From positions 32,001 through 96,000 of the forward strand of contig JANRKO010000020.1 in the NCBI GenBank assembly GCA_033763455.1: a stretch of DNA of 64,000 nucleotides, read 5' to 3'. Of this stretch, positions 1 to 9,753 are shown piece by piece. The notes beneath the pieces are model-generated. The model had not been told where the DNA came from. It searched no databases and worked only from the letters and a program-made list of their open reading frames with translations. The translations under genes and the position numbers were made by a program. Source of the DNA: Polyangiaceae bacterium. Its GTDB lineage: Bacteria; Myxococcota_A; Polyangia; Polyangiales; Polyangiaceae. Within the stretch, counting starts at the first letter, position 1. The number at the start of each line of letters is the position of its first letter.

Positions 1-108
1 AACCCTCGCTATCTGAGCCGCCTTTTTCGGCAACACCTGGGCTTGCCGCCTTTGGCATTCAGGCAACAGGCGCGGCGGGGCGCCCCCCCTCCGAGCCGGC
101 GTTCGTGA
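1..108 (+). CDS. AraC-family transcriptional regulator, C-terminal end (5'-truncated by window)
   Basis: Not in ORF track. Frame +1 reads NPRYLSRLFRQHLGLPPLAFRQQ...stop TGA 106-108, matching the second HTH signature of the AraC family. Confidence 0.7.
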   Translation, partial: NPRYLSRLFRQHLGLPPLAFRQQARRGAPPPSRRS

Positions 109-141
109 ACGAGTGCGCACCCCCCAATGGCAAGCAAGCGG

Positions 142-2259
142 TCAACGCAGATCGGACACGCAGCCTGGGGAACACCCATCCCCAGCGGCCTTGTTCCCGT
201 CGTCACACTGTTCCTGGCCGTTGATCTTGCCGTCGCCGCAATATTCGCCAGCCCGACACTCGGGTGCACACTTACCGTAGCCGCCAACGTTCGCACCGTC
301 GTCGCACGCTTCACCAAATACACTATCGACAACGCCGTCTCCACAAAAGCCTGGCTTCTTGCAGTCGGGTGCACAGCCACCGGCCGTAGCCGATGCCGCG
401 TGGCTGGTGAGATTCAAGCCATCATCACAGGCCTCGCCCGCTGCAGCCTGCACAACGCCATCGCCGCAACGCGGACCAAGCGTACAGTCCATATTGCAGC
501 CGCCGTAGGAGCCGTCGTTCGCACCCTTATCACAGGCTTCATTCGAGGCCACAACTCCGTCGCCACAGGTGGATTTGCACACGGAGCGGCCGTTTAAGAA
601 GTTCTGAATAGTGAGCTTGTAGCCGGACTTATTGGTGTGGCGTTCCGCCTGAAAAACGGCAACTTCGTACACTTTGCCAACTTCGAGATTCATGCCGGCG
701 GGGCCAATGTCTGGAAAACCCATGCTCGCAGGATAACCGTCAGGGTGAATGCCCGCGCCCGTAGCGCCGACCCCTGGTGGCCCTAATAAGATCCAGCGCT
801 CCTCAGCCGGGTGTAGACCCGGAAGCGCGACAGCCAGGCGGCCGTTGATGAACACCCACACGTCATCATCACCGTAAAAGGTGAGCTTTTCCCCACCCCG
901 ATAGGTGAACCAATAGCGCAGTTCACTAGTGAACCCGAAGTTGTGCGGGCCGTCGTCACCCTCACGCGGGAACTCCATGAAAGCATTCGGATCGTTGAAG
1001 CCTCGCCCATCAAGCGGGAAAAACGTGGGATCTTCGAACTGGAAGGTGTCCGCCATATTAGCGACGGGCGTCATCACCAAAGTGTCCGCGACCGTGCGGT
1101 TGATGGTGTTGTCGCTGCGGTACCACTGCGCAAAAGATGCTGCGCTCTGCAGGCAGGACTTGGTCCCGCCCGCGGCCAGCTTGGGCTTCCCCTGCGGATC
1201 GAGGACATTCTCGACGACCTGCTGACAACCATCGTTCACGATGGCGTCATTCTCAAAGTCCGGGTGCCGCGGCCCAGTGTCTTCGTTGGAATCATCCGTG
1301 CCAACAAAATCCCGGTATACCACTGGCAATACCGGCGGATCTTTAGTGACGGTGCAGGTAAAGCCTGCCTCTATCTTGCAGGCAGATGAGCACCCGTCGA
1401 AATTCCGGGCGTTGCCGTCATCGCACTCTTCGCTATCGAGCTTCAAGCCATCGCCGCATTTGGCCTGGCACGCTCCATTCACACATACAGGCTCGCTGCG
1501 ACAGAACGGCGAACAACCATCCCCGGTATTGAAATTCTGATCGTCGCATTGCTCGCCGCCTTCCGCCTTGCCATCCCCACAAACCGTGGGAGCGCAGGGC
1601 GCGCCGGGAACATCACACTTGAACTTAGGCTCAAGGGTACAAGTAGCTGAGCAGCCATCCCCTGCCGTTGGATTGCCATCATCACACTCCTCGGAGCCTG
1701 CAATCTTGCTGTCGCCACACTGCGCCGCCACACAGTGGGCACCCACAGCTGGACATTTATATCCGGCCTCGATTAAACACTTTGCATCGCAACCGTCCCC
1801 CGCCGCAGCATTGCCGTCATCGCAAGTTTCGGTCCCCGTGATCTTTGAATCCCCACACGTTACGGTCGAAACACACGCCATACCCGGCGTGACGCAGGCA
1901 AAATCTTTATCAACGGCGTCGCAGTTAGCGCCGCAGCCATCCCCCAATTGCGCGTTTCCGTCGTCACACTTTTCCCCCGGATCAAGCACAGAATCCCCGC
2001 ATGCCGGCATCTTCTCCATGCACATGGCGGCGCCACAGCTAGCTGCGCCACCGGCCACCATCCCACCGCCCTTGGTCGGATCAATCATACCGACAGGAGC
2101 ATCACCGCCGGTGCCTTCATTAGCTACCGGCCCAGAACCTGAAGCGCCGATAATCTTGGCCTCCCCGTGAGTAGTACTACCCCCGGAGGAACACGCTTGC
2201 GCTACCGCAATGCTTACAAACACAATGCCTACAAGGCCCGCAAGGAAGCTTGATTTCAT
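142..2259 (-). CDS. Secreted/lipoprotein with fibro-slime domain and Myxococcus-type Cys-rich repeats
   Basis: Signal peptide ending AQAC. Nine CGD-x-E-x-CDxxN-type repeats (5 before, 4 after) flank a central fibro-slime motif set (YRDF..HPDFE, FFPLD, HNFGFTSE, F.GDDDVWVFING, FQAERH). Confidence 0.88.
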   Translation of the reverse strand: MKSSFLAGLVGIVFVSIAVAQACSSGGSTTHGEAKIIGASGSGPVANEGTGGDAPVGMIDPTKGGGMVAGGAASCGAAMCMEKMPACGDSVLDPGEKCDDGNAQLGDGCGANCDAVDKDFACVTPGMACVSTVTCGDSKITGTETCDDGNAAAGDGCDAKCLIEAGYKCPAVGAHCVAAQCGDSKIAGSEECDDGNPTAGDGCSATCTLEPKFKCDVPGAPCAPTVCGDGKAEGGEQCDDQNFNTGDGCSPFCRSEPVCVNGACQAKCGDGLKLDSEECDDGNARNFDGCSSACKIEAGFTCTVTKDPPVLPVVYRDFVGTDDSNEDTGPRHPDFENDAIVNDGCQQVVENVLDPQGKPKLAAGGTKSCLQSAASFAQWYRSDNTINRTVADTLVMTPVANMADTFQFEDPTFFPLDGRGFNDPNAFMEFPREGDDGPHNFGFTSELRYWFTYRGGEKLTFYGDDDVWVFINGRLAVALPGLHPAEERWILLGPPGVGATGAGIHPDGYPASMGFPDIGPAGMNLEVGKVYEVAVFQAERHTNKSGYKLTIQNFLNGRSVCKSTCGDGVVASNEACDKGANDGSYGGCNMDCTLGPRCGDGVVQAAAGEACDDGLNLTSHAASATAGGCAPDCKKPGFCGDGVVDSVFGEACDDGANVGGYGKCAPECRAGEYCGDGKINGQEQCDDGNKAAGDGCSPGCVSDLR

Positions 2260-2587
2260 AAGAGTTCCAGTGAGGGGTGGAGCTTAACATGTTGACGACA
2301 TTTTTGGCCGTCCATGAATTCGAATTCGGGCATGTTTGCCACGAGCTTTCAGTGCAAAAGTGCAAGATGAATCCGACTCTGTGCGTGTGAGTGAGCGGTG
2401 TGCGATAAGGACTTTTCCGTCAAACTCAGCGCCGGGGAGAAGCTGGCTGCATGATCCACGTGTCGCGTTTCCACGAGCAAGAGCCCACCCAGCAGGCCGG
2501 TCCCAAGGGAGATCGGACCCCAGCGGCCCGTACGATCCGCTCGCAAGGACGCAATTTTTGACAGAACCCTAGGGTCCCCGGCAGAGT

Positions 2588-2603
2588 TGGCCCAGCGCTT
2601 GCT
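2588..2603 (+). promoter_or_regulatory. Putative sigma54 (-24/-12) promoter
   Basis: TGGCCCAGCGCTTGCT: GG-N10-GC with TTGC, 38 bp upstream of the ATG at 2642. Confidence 0.6.
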
Positions 2604-2641
2604 TCAACCCTTCACCTTCCCTTCATTAATTCGAGGAACTC

Positions 2642-3532
2642 ATGAATCATACTTTTCTTAAATTCACCGCCTTCGCTTTGCTCGCATCCGCGGGAGTGGC
2701 TTTAAGTGCCTGCACCGAAGAAGCCGCGGATTCCACGGACATCAAGACAAGCGGCATTCACGCCGTGTTCTCGGCTGTGGCCAAGGGCGATGGCAGTACG
2801 GTTGTCACCGGCGACCTTCACGTGGCGAGCTCTTCGGGTACACCACTTGAGCTCAAAGGTTCGGACGAATTGATGGCGAAGGTTGCTGCTGAATCGAAGA
2901 GACTTAGCGGCACGAACACGCAAGGTAGGTACCAAGGTTCCTTTGGTACGGACGCCGCCGACACCGTGATCGTCGTGGATTTCAATCGCGCCCCCGAAGA
3001 CGTGAGCGCCCCTGGCTCCACCGTTACTTTGCCCGCCCCCTTCACGCTTTCGCTCGATGGCTTGAGCAGTGGCGCCTCCATCCAACGCGGCACAGACGTG
3101 AACCTAAAGATGGAGCCTGCTGGGGCCTCCGGTGCAAAGGTAAATTGGTCTGTTTCCGGGACTTGCCTTTTTGACAAGGGTGGCACTGCGGGCGACGACG
3201 GAACGATCATGATCCCAGCATCCAGCATCGATCTGACGCTTTCCGGCGAAGGGAAGACGTGCGAAGTTACCGTCACCGTGGAGCGAGTGAACGGCGGCAT
3301 CTTAGCCACTCAGTTTAAGGAAGGTGGCTCGGTTACCGCTAAACAGATCCGCAGCGTGACCTTCAATTCCACTCCGGCACCCGGCGAGGTGATGCAGCCA
3401 GGAACGGGCGGCAGCACTGGTGCAGGCGGCGCCTCGAGCGCAGGCGGCGCCTCGAGCACTGGGGGAGCCAACAGTGGCGGAAGCCCCAGCACTGGCGGCG
3501 CCAACAACGGTGGAGCGGCAGGCGCTCAGTAA
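2642..3532 (+). CDS. Lipoprotein of unknown function with Gly/Ser/Thr-rich C-terminal tail
   Basis: GAGGA RBS, lipobox LSAC, beta-rich core, C-terminal GG(A/S)SS(T/A)GG repeats. Confidence 0.8.
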   Translation: MNHTFLKFTAFALLASAGVALSACTEEAADSTDIKTSGIHAVFSAVAKGDGSTVVTGDLHVASSSGTPLELKGSDELMAKVAAESKRLSGTNTQGRYQGSFGTDAADTVIVVDFNRAPEDVSAPGSTVTLPAPFTLSLDGLSSGASIQRGTDVNLKMEPAGASGAKVNWSVSGTCLFDKGGTAGDDGTIMIPASSIDLTLSGEGKTCEVTVTVERVNGGILATQFKEGGSVTAKQIRSVTFNSTPAPGEVMQPGTGGSTGAGGASSAGGASSTGGANSGGSPSTGGANNGGAAGAQ

Positions 3533-3554
3533 GTCGGTGGGGGTTAGTAACAGA

Positions 3555-3579
3555 GCCCTCCAGTGCAGTGCTGGAGGGC
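3555..3579. terminator. Stem-loop between convergent genes
   Basis: GCCCTCCAG-tgcagtg-CTGGAGGGC, a perfect 9-bp inverted repeat. No clear U-tract. Confidence 0.5.
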
Positions 3580-3596
3580 CGGGGCTCCCCCGAAGC

Positions 3597-3962
3597 TTAG
3601 CCCCCTAAGAGTGGCTTCAGCGCAGTCTCAAAGGCTTCTACGGTGAAAGGCTTAGCAATCAGGAACTTAGCGCCGGTACTGGCAGCCTGCTGCCGCATTT
3701 CAACGGTGCCTTCCGAAGTAACAAACCCGAACGGCACGTTGATGGCCCGATCCCGCAGGGCTTCCAGCAGCTGAATGCCGCTCATGTTGGGCATATTCCA
3801 GTCGCAGAGCACAAGATCAGGCTTTTTCTCTTCTATCGCTTTGAGGCCCTCGACGCCGTCGCCCGCCTCACGCACATCGTGATCTCCGAAGCCAGCTTGG
3901 CGCAACGTCTTTCGCACGATCATCCGCATCGCCTTGCTGTCATCAATTATCAAGATATCCAT
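3597..3962 (-). CDS. cheY: Single-domain response regulator, CheY-like (paralog A)
   Basis: MDILIIDDS..LCDWNMP..VTSE..AKPF. Start set at ATG 3962 by alignment with the paralog at 19871-20236. Confidence 0.85.
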   Translation of the reverse strand: MDILIIDDSKAMRMIVRKTLRQAGFGDHDVREAGDGVEGLKAIEEKKPDLVLCDWNMPNMSGIQLLEALRDRAINVPFGFVTSEGTVEMRQQAASTGAKFLIAKPFTVEAFETALKPLLGG

Positions 3963-3994
3963 ATGCCTAAACCGAGAGAGTGTTCCTTTTAACC

Positions 3995-4021
3995 TCAACG
4001 GTCGGGGCCGGGATATCTTTA
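3995..4021 (-). promoter_or_regulatory. Putative sigma28-like promoter
   Basis: Minus strand reads TAAA-N15-ACCGTTGA, 33 bp upstream of cheY. Confidence 0.55.
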
Positions 4022-4164
4022 GCCGCTAAGGGCGGGTTGTTCTGATCGGAAGCGGTCGCTATGCGCTGGTCACAAATCCACCACGAACGGATTCTACACT
4101 ACCTGGGCGCGCCTTAGCCCTGGTCCGGAGGCTCCCTGCCCTTAGGAAATACCCGAAATGATCC

Positions 4165-5310
4165 GTGAAAAGTGTTGGTGTATTGCATCCAATGAGGCAA
4201 CCGGCTGTGTCCTACGATCTGTTGGGTCAATCCAAGGTCAAGCGGTTAACCTACCGAGGCAGCAAATGGTGCCTTGAGGTCACGCGGCTCATTGGCAAGT
4301 CGGGCGTATACCACCCTGAGCTCGACTACCTGCGCAGCCCCCGCGCGATCCTTGGGTTCTTGGATACCTATGCGAGCCGTGAGCTCGCCGCCGAAGCTCG
4401 GGTGCTCCTGGCGAAACCTCCTGCCAAAGACACGAGCTATGAGGCAGCCAGCGGTGTTTGGGTGGCCCACGGCACTGTCACCGATCCACCGCCGAGCCGA
4501 GGGCATCGCGGTGGGAGGGCTGCCCCCGAGATACAGGCGCTCAAGGAGGAGCTCGCTCGTGTGAGAGCCATGTGCAGCGAGCTGCGTTTGAACCTCACGC
4601 AACTCGAAGGTGAGGTTGCGCGACTGCGAAGCGGTGTCCGGCAACCAACAGCACAGCAGCCGCGGGTTGACGAAATCGCGCCCAGCGTCCGAATCCCGCA
4701 GACAGTTGGACGCCCACCGGCCTCCGTACGCGAGCCATTGATCGAACCCCAAGCGCCGAAGCCGGAGCCGCCGAACGTGGACGCAGGACCGGCTGCGCCG
4801 GCTGCACCGGTAGAAGCTGTGGAAGCGCCAGCTCCTGTTACCACCAAGGCACTCACGCTACCCTCCTCCGAAAAGTTGCTGAAGTGCATTTCCAAGCTGT
4901 TGGATCAACCGCTCACGGGTACCCCCATCAAAAAGCCGCCCGTTCCCTCGAGTGCCCCGGAAAATTGGTATATTTCCGTAGTGATCGACAATAGCGGCAC
5001 GGAGGTCGGCGCGCTCTTGGGTGACATCGAAGCTACGGTACGTTTGGGCGCAACGCTGATGATGCAACCCGCTGGTGTTATCCAAGAGCAGCTATCGGCT
5101 GGTACTCCGGACGAATCCTCGACGGAGTCGATGTCTGAGATATTTAACACGGCGAGCTCCACCTTCAACGAGGTGAAAGGGAACGCCCACTGCCGGATGC
5201 GGCCACTGCACGCTCTTAAGGATCTTGAGATCCCGTGGCTAGATCAAGCCCGCGCCCAAATGGCAATCCAACTGGGTGTAGGGGGCGTGCTGCTATGCCT
5301 GGGACGCTAG
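4165..5310 (+). CDS. Hypothetical protein: N-terminal domain, coiled coil, Pro/Ala linker, C-terminal CheX/CheC-like domain
   Basis: Coiled coil IQALKEELARVRAMCSELRLNLTQLEGEVARL, a Pro-rich linker, and a C-terminal ~150 aa carrying ExxN (MSEIFNTASSTFN). Start uncertain. Confidence 0.6.
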   Translation: MKSVGVLHPMRQPAVSYDLLGQSKVKRLTYRGSKWCLEVTRLIGKSGVYHPELDYLRSPRAILGFLDTYASRELAAEARVLLAKPPAKDTSYEAASGVWVAHGTVTDPPPSRGHRGGRAAPEIQALKEELARVRAMCSELRLNLTQLEGEVARLRSGVRQPTAQQPRVDEIAPSVRIPQTVGRPPASVREPLIEPQAPKPEPPNVDAGPAAPAAPVEAVEAPAPVTTKALTLPSSEKLLKCISKLLDQPLTGTPIKKPPVPSSAPENWYISVVIDNSGTEVGALLGDIEATVRLGATLMMQPAGVIQEQLSAGTPDESSTESMSEIFNTASSTFNEVKGNAHCRMRPLHALKDLEIPWLDQARAQMAIQLGVGGVLLCLGR

Positions 5311-5329
5311 AACGTACGCTACGAGGGCT

Positions 5330-6370
5330 CTAGCTAGCGGCTCGACGCTTGAGCGCGAGGGTCGCTGAAAGAGCATTGGCATGCTTGCCCACAACCCGCC
5401 CCATGGCGTCAATGGGTGCGACATCTTTCACGATCCCTGCCCCAATCGCAGTGCGCGGCATGTACGGGTTGGCTGCAGTGTCTGGATCTTGAGCCAAGAC
5501 CACGCCGCCTGCAGCCGCTATCTGTGTGGCTCCACGCGTGCCATCTTGCCCCATGCCGGTGAGAATCACCGCCACCGAATAACGCCCAAATGCCTGAGCT
5601 ACACTTCGAAATAGAGGATCGGCAGCTGGCCTCACGAATTGCTCCTTGGGCGAAGCTTCCAGGTGAAGCGTGAGCTGTTGATCGACGATTAGATGGCAAT
5701 CCGAACACGCGAAGTAGACAGTGCCCGCTTCTGCCCTCATACCGGATTCGGCAAGAGCTAGCCGCAATTTGGCCTTGCGCTGGATTGACTCAACCAGTGT
5801 GCGATGCATCCAATCTGGCCCATGTTGCACCACGAAATAGACGCAATTTTCAGGAAGCGCGGAGTCCGGAAGGAAAGCCTGAAGCGCAACAGGGCCCCCG
5901 GCGCTGGAGGCTATGGCAACGGCCACAAAGGGGGGGATGATCTGGTTAACCTGCGACGCCAATGGGGCGGCCGCCAAGGGGTAACGAGTCAGGGCTTTCG
6001 CAGCCTGGGAGCACCGCTCGGCCGCGGCGGCGACACACGCACGAATCGCCGCAGGCGTGGCTGGCTTGGCCAGAAACTCATCCGCGCCGGACTGCATTGC
6101 GTGCTCCCGCGCGGGCTTCGAGGAAAGCAACGTGTGCATGATCACGAAGGGTGGCTTTCGCGCCGCCTCTCTAATGCGCCGGATGAGCTCAATGCCGTCC
6201 ATGCCTGGCATCATCCAATCCGTAACCAGGATATCAAATCCCTCAAGGCGGCACCGCTCCAACGCCTCCTTGCCGGAAGCGACCAGGGTTAGCTGCGGAA
6301 AAGTTGGCCTGAGCGCTGCATCTAACAGCAATCGGTGCATCTCGTCGTCGTCGACAACCAGGATCCGCAT
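5330..6370 (-). CDS. cheB: REC-CheB methylesterase (divergent receiver)
   Basis: REC (VVDDD, TDWMMP, AKP) plus a CheB triad: ASSAGG, VQHG, LTGMGQDG; also RPAADPLF. Confidence 0.85.
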   Translation of the reverse strand: MRILVVDDDEMHRLLLDAALRPTFPQLTLVASGKEALERCRLEGFDILVTDWMMPGMDGIELIRRIREAARKPPFVIMHTLLSSKPAREHAMQSGADEFLAKPATPAAIRACVAAAAERCSQAAKALTRYPLAAAPLASQVNQIIPPFVAVAIASSAGGPVALQAFLPDSALPENCVYFVVQHGPDWMHRTLVESIQRKAKLRLALAESGMRAEAGTVYFACSDCHLIVDQQLTLHLEASPKEQFVRPAADPLFRSVAQAFGRYSVAVILTGMGQDGTRGATQIAAAGGVVLAQDPDTAANPYMPRTAIGAGIVKDVAPIDAMGRVVGKHANALSATLALKRRAAS

Positions 6371-6372
6371 GA

Positions 6373-8526
6373 TTACGCACTCCCTTTCTGTGCCTGAACG
6401 CGGGAGAGGTACGCTGCCAACTCCGAAAGCCTCGCTGCGACCACCGCTTCATCCTTCAATACGGCGCTGTCTTCCAGTTCGCCACCCAACTCCGTAAGCT
6501 CAGCAAACCCGAACGAAGTGCCACTGCCTCGCAGCCCATGCGCGTGACGGCGGAGCGTCTCGAAATCACCAGCCATAAGTGCATCATTCATTTCTACGGC
6601 GCGCTGATTGCAGAGCTCAAGGTAATGCGGCACCAATTGCTCGATCTCTGCTTCCACCGCGCGTTCACGAGCCACCTCTGGCGGTGAGTGCTGATCTACT
6701 TTCTGGCGTGGGAGCTCAGGCTCGGTAGGCCCTGAAAACTGATGAATCACCGCAATTAGACTCGCCCTTTTCACTGGCTTGGCCAGATGCGCGTCACAGC
6801 CGGCATCCAAGCACCGCTCCATCTCCTCACGCATTGCGTGTGCGGTTACCGCAACGATCGGAACCGGGGCTCGCCCCTCAGAGACTTCGGCCTGACGGAT
6901 CAGACGTGTTGCCTCATATCCGTCCATTCCGGGCATTTGGATGTCCATCAGGACGAGGTCGATCCCACCGGCCCGGCAACGCTCAACTGCTGCTCGCCCG
7001 CTGTCCGCACACTCAAGCGCCCAGGGCATGCCGTCCAGGAGTGCCACTATTAGGTCGCGATTGATCGCAATGTCATCTACCACCAAGATCCGAAGCCCGG
7101 CGGCTGCAGCTTTCTGGCCCAGCAACGCACTTCCCTGAGCGCCTAGCGGTCGCCCGCTCGGGTACTGGGGTTGGCGGCTATGACGCTGCGGCTGCCCGCT
7201 GTGGCGGTGCGTGCGTTTACTCGCTGGTAGTTCAGCGTCGGCTTCAGCAACATCCGCCGGCAAACGTGCAGTGAAGGTGAAGGTGGTGCCCACCGAAAGA
7301 GTGCTTTCGAGATGGATCCTCCCCCCCATAAGCTCCACCAGGGCCCGGCAAATGGTAAGGCCGAGCCCTGTCCCACCGTAACGGCGGGTTATAGAATTAT
7401 CTGCCTGCGTGAAAGTAGCAAACACCGCTTCGAAGCGATCAGGCGCAATACCGACGCCGGTGTCCTTAATCGAGAACACAAGTGTATCAGGCACTCTCTC
7501 GCTCACCCCAACAGTGACAACAATCTGACCTTTGGAGGTAAACTTAAAGGCATTATCGATCAAATTGATGAGAACTTGCCGAAGCCGCGCCGGATCTCCC
7601 CGTACCAGGCGAGGCACATTGGGCGCGATATCTAAAATGAGCTCGACTCCCGTAGCTTCGGTGCGCACTGACATGAGCCCCGAAAGCCCATCGAGCAGCA
7701 AATGGATCGAGATAACGGCATCTTCAAGCTCGATCTTCCCAGCCTCGATCTTAGCAAGATCAAGAATATCGTTGATGATAGCCAGCAGGTGCTCACCCGC
7801 CGTACGCATCGTGTTCACGTAATTCTGCTGTGTGGGCGTCAAAGGCGTAAGCCCGAGCAATTCTCCCATGCCGATGATGGCATTCATGGGCGTGCGAATT
7901 TCGTGACTCATATTGGCAAGAAACTCGGATTTGGCTTGATTGGCTCGCTCAGCGATGGTGATGGCGGCAAGCAGATTCTCTTCAATTTCTTTCCTTTGGG
8001 TAATGTCCGAGTGGGTCCCCACCACCCGACTAGGCTTACCCTCTAAATCGCGGCTCATTACAAGGCCCCGATCCAGGACCCATTTGTAACTTCCATCTCT
8101 ACAGAGAACCCGATGCTCGTTCGAGTAAAATGGAGTTTTTCCTTCGAGGTGTGCCTGCAGATCGTCCATCACACGCGGCATATCTTCGGGATGCACGCGG
8201 GTTGACCATTCCTCTAAGCCCTCGCCAACCTCATGCTCCTCGTACCCCAGCATGGCCTTCCACTGTTTTGAGAAGAACACCCTATTCTCTAGGACAATCC
8301 AATCCCAAACGCCGTCACCTGCGCCTTCGATAGCAAAGCGCCACCGTTCATCGCTAGTACGCAGCTTCTCGTCGTAACGTGCCTGGGTATTGGCCAACTC
8401 TGCCAATAGCTCCTGATTGCGAACTTCTAGCGCTCGCACGTCCCTCTGCAACGTTCGCACCTGGTGTTCAAGATCTTGAGAGGGAGTGAGTCTGTTCGCT
8501 GCCGATGGGGGTGAACTCGGGGGCAT
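6373..8526 (-). CDS. Soluble hybrid histidine kinase (coiled coil-PAS/PAC-HisKA-HATPase-REC-HPt)
   Basis: AGDGVWDW/VHPED PAS, H-box FLANMSHEIRTP, N/G boxes, REC LMDIQMP, HPt HAHGLRGSG. Confidence 0.92.
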   Translation of the reverse strand: MPPSSPPSAANRLTPSQDLEHQVRTLQRDVRALEVRNQELLAELANTQARYDEKLRTSDERWRFAIEGAGDGVWDWIVLENRVFFSKQWKAMLGYEEHEVGEGLEEWSTRVHPEDMPRVMDDLQAHLEGKTPFYSNEHRVLCRDGSYKWVLDRGLVMSRDLEGKPSRVVGTHSDITQRKEIEENLLAAITIAERANQAKSEFLANMSHEIRTPMNAIIGMGELLGLTPLTPTQQNYVNTMRTAGEHLLAIINDILDLAKIEAGKIELEDAVISIHLLLDGLSGLMSVRTEATGVELILDIAPNVPRLVRGDPARLRQVLINLIDNAFKFTSKGQIVVTVGVSERVPDTLVFSIKDTGVGIAPDRFEAVFATFTQADNSITRRYGGTGLGLTICRALVELMGGRIHLESTLSVGTTFTFTARLPADVAEADAELPASKRTHRHSGQPQRHSRQPQYPSGRPLGAQGSALLGQKAAAAGLRILVVDDIAINRDLIVALLDGMPWALECADSGRAAVERCRAGGIDLVLMDIQMPGMDGYEATRLIRQAEVSEGRAPVPIVAVTAHAMREEMERCLDAGCDAHLAKPVKRASLIAVIHQFSGPTEPELPRQKVDQHSPPEVARERAVEAEIEQLVPHYLELCNQRAVEMNDALMAGDFETLRRHAHGLRGSGTSFGFAELTELGGELEDSAVLKDEAVVAARLSELAAYLSRVQAQKGSA

Positions 8527-8610
8527 GGTTGGTAGCTCTCCACTTCCCTACGGGCTCTCTGGGCCGTTTCGATAGGTCACTTGAGCAAGAGTGCGTGGGA
8601 TAATGTGCGT

Positions 8611-9669
8611 CTAACGTGCGACGGCACGCCCGAGACTCTCAGACTGCGTGAGCCTCACGATGAGGAGCCGGGCAATATCAGGCAGGGGCACCACCCGTTC
8701 GGCGGCACCCAACAAGATGGCCTGCTTGGGCATGCCAAACACCACGCAGCTCTCCTCATCCTGCGCGATAGTGAATGCTCCCGCGTCACGCATATCCTTA
8801 AGGCCCAGGGCGCCATCCGCCCCCATCCCGGTCAGAAGCACACCGGTGGCATTCGGACCCGCACACGTTGCGAGCGAGCGAAACATAACATCCACGGCGG
8901 GCCGCTGGTAATGCTCTGGCGGCGCATCCGAGAGCGCCGTCATGTACCTCGCACCATCGCGACGCACGAACAAGTGTCGCCCCGCCGGAGCCACAAACGC
9001 AGTACCAGGAGCAATCACTTCTCCCCCCAGAGCCTCCCGCACGTCCAGGTGTGAACCCCGCGCCAGTTGATCGGCGAATGCTTTGGTGAACCCCTTGGGC
9101 ATATGCTGGGTAATCACGACGCCTGGGCACATCCTGGGCAGCTGCGAAAGCACCGCCTCCACTGCAACCGGGCCACCTGTGGAAGCCCCAATTGCCAACA
9201 CGTGATCTGAGGCTCGATAACCCAGAGATTGGTCCTTGGCTGCCTGGACGGGGGGTGCTTTCGCTACAAGCTTCCGCACGTTCGCGACAGAAGCGGCTCG
9301 AATCGCCGCAACAAGAGTGTGCTCAACATCTGGCACACTAAAACTTGAGCCCGGCTTGGCCACTACATCCACGGCGCCGCACTCAAAAGCGCGAAACGCC
9401 ACTTCACTATTTTCGGGGGCGAGCGAGCTCACCACAACTACCGGAAGCGGGTGGTGCACCATCAGCTTCTTCAAGAAGGTAAGGCCATCCATGCGGGGCA
9501 TTTCGAGGTCCAGAGTGAGCACATCGGGAGAAAGCTCCTGGATCCGCTCACGCGCGATATACGGATCCCCGGCCACCCCCACCACTTGGATGTCCGGGAA
9601 CTTACTCAATTCCCGAGTGAGGACTTTTTGCACCACCACCGAATCATCAACGATTAATACGCGAATCAT
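8611..9669 (-). CDS. cheB: Chemotaxis response regulator protein-glutamate methylesterase
   Basis: MIRVLIVDDS, TLDLEMP, GASTGG, QHMP, LTGMGADG, VVFGMP. Start trimmed to ATG 9669. Confidence 0.95.
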   Translation of the reverse strand: MIRVLIVDDSVVVQKVLTRELSKFPDIQVVGVAGDPYIARERIQELSPDVLTLDLEMPRMDGLTFLKKLMVHHPLPVVVVSSLAPENSEVAFRAFECGAVDVVAKPGSSFSVPDVEHTLVAAIRAASVANVRKLVAKAPPVQAAKDQSLGYRASDHVLAIGASTGGPVAVEAVLSQLPRMCPGVVITQHMPKGFTKAFADQLARGSHLDVREALGGEVIAPGTAFVAPAGRHLFVRRDGARYMTALSDAPPEHYQRPAVDVMFRSLATCAGPNATGVLLTGMGADGALGLKDMRDAGAFTIAQDEESCVVFGMPKQAILLGAAERVVPLPDIARLLIVRLTQSESLGRAVAR

Positions 9670-9753
9670 TGTGCCTGCCTCTCGCCGCACGTTGCAACGT
9701 CCACCCATTCACGGAATGACACGCGGTGAACTCTCCTTGCTTTGTTACTGCTT

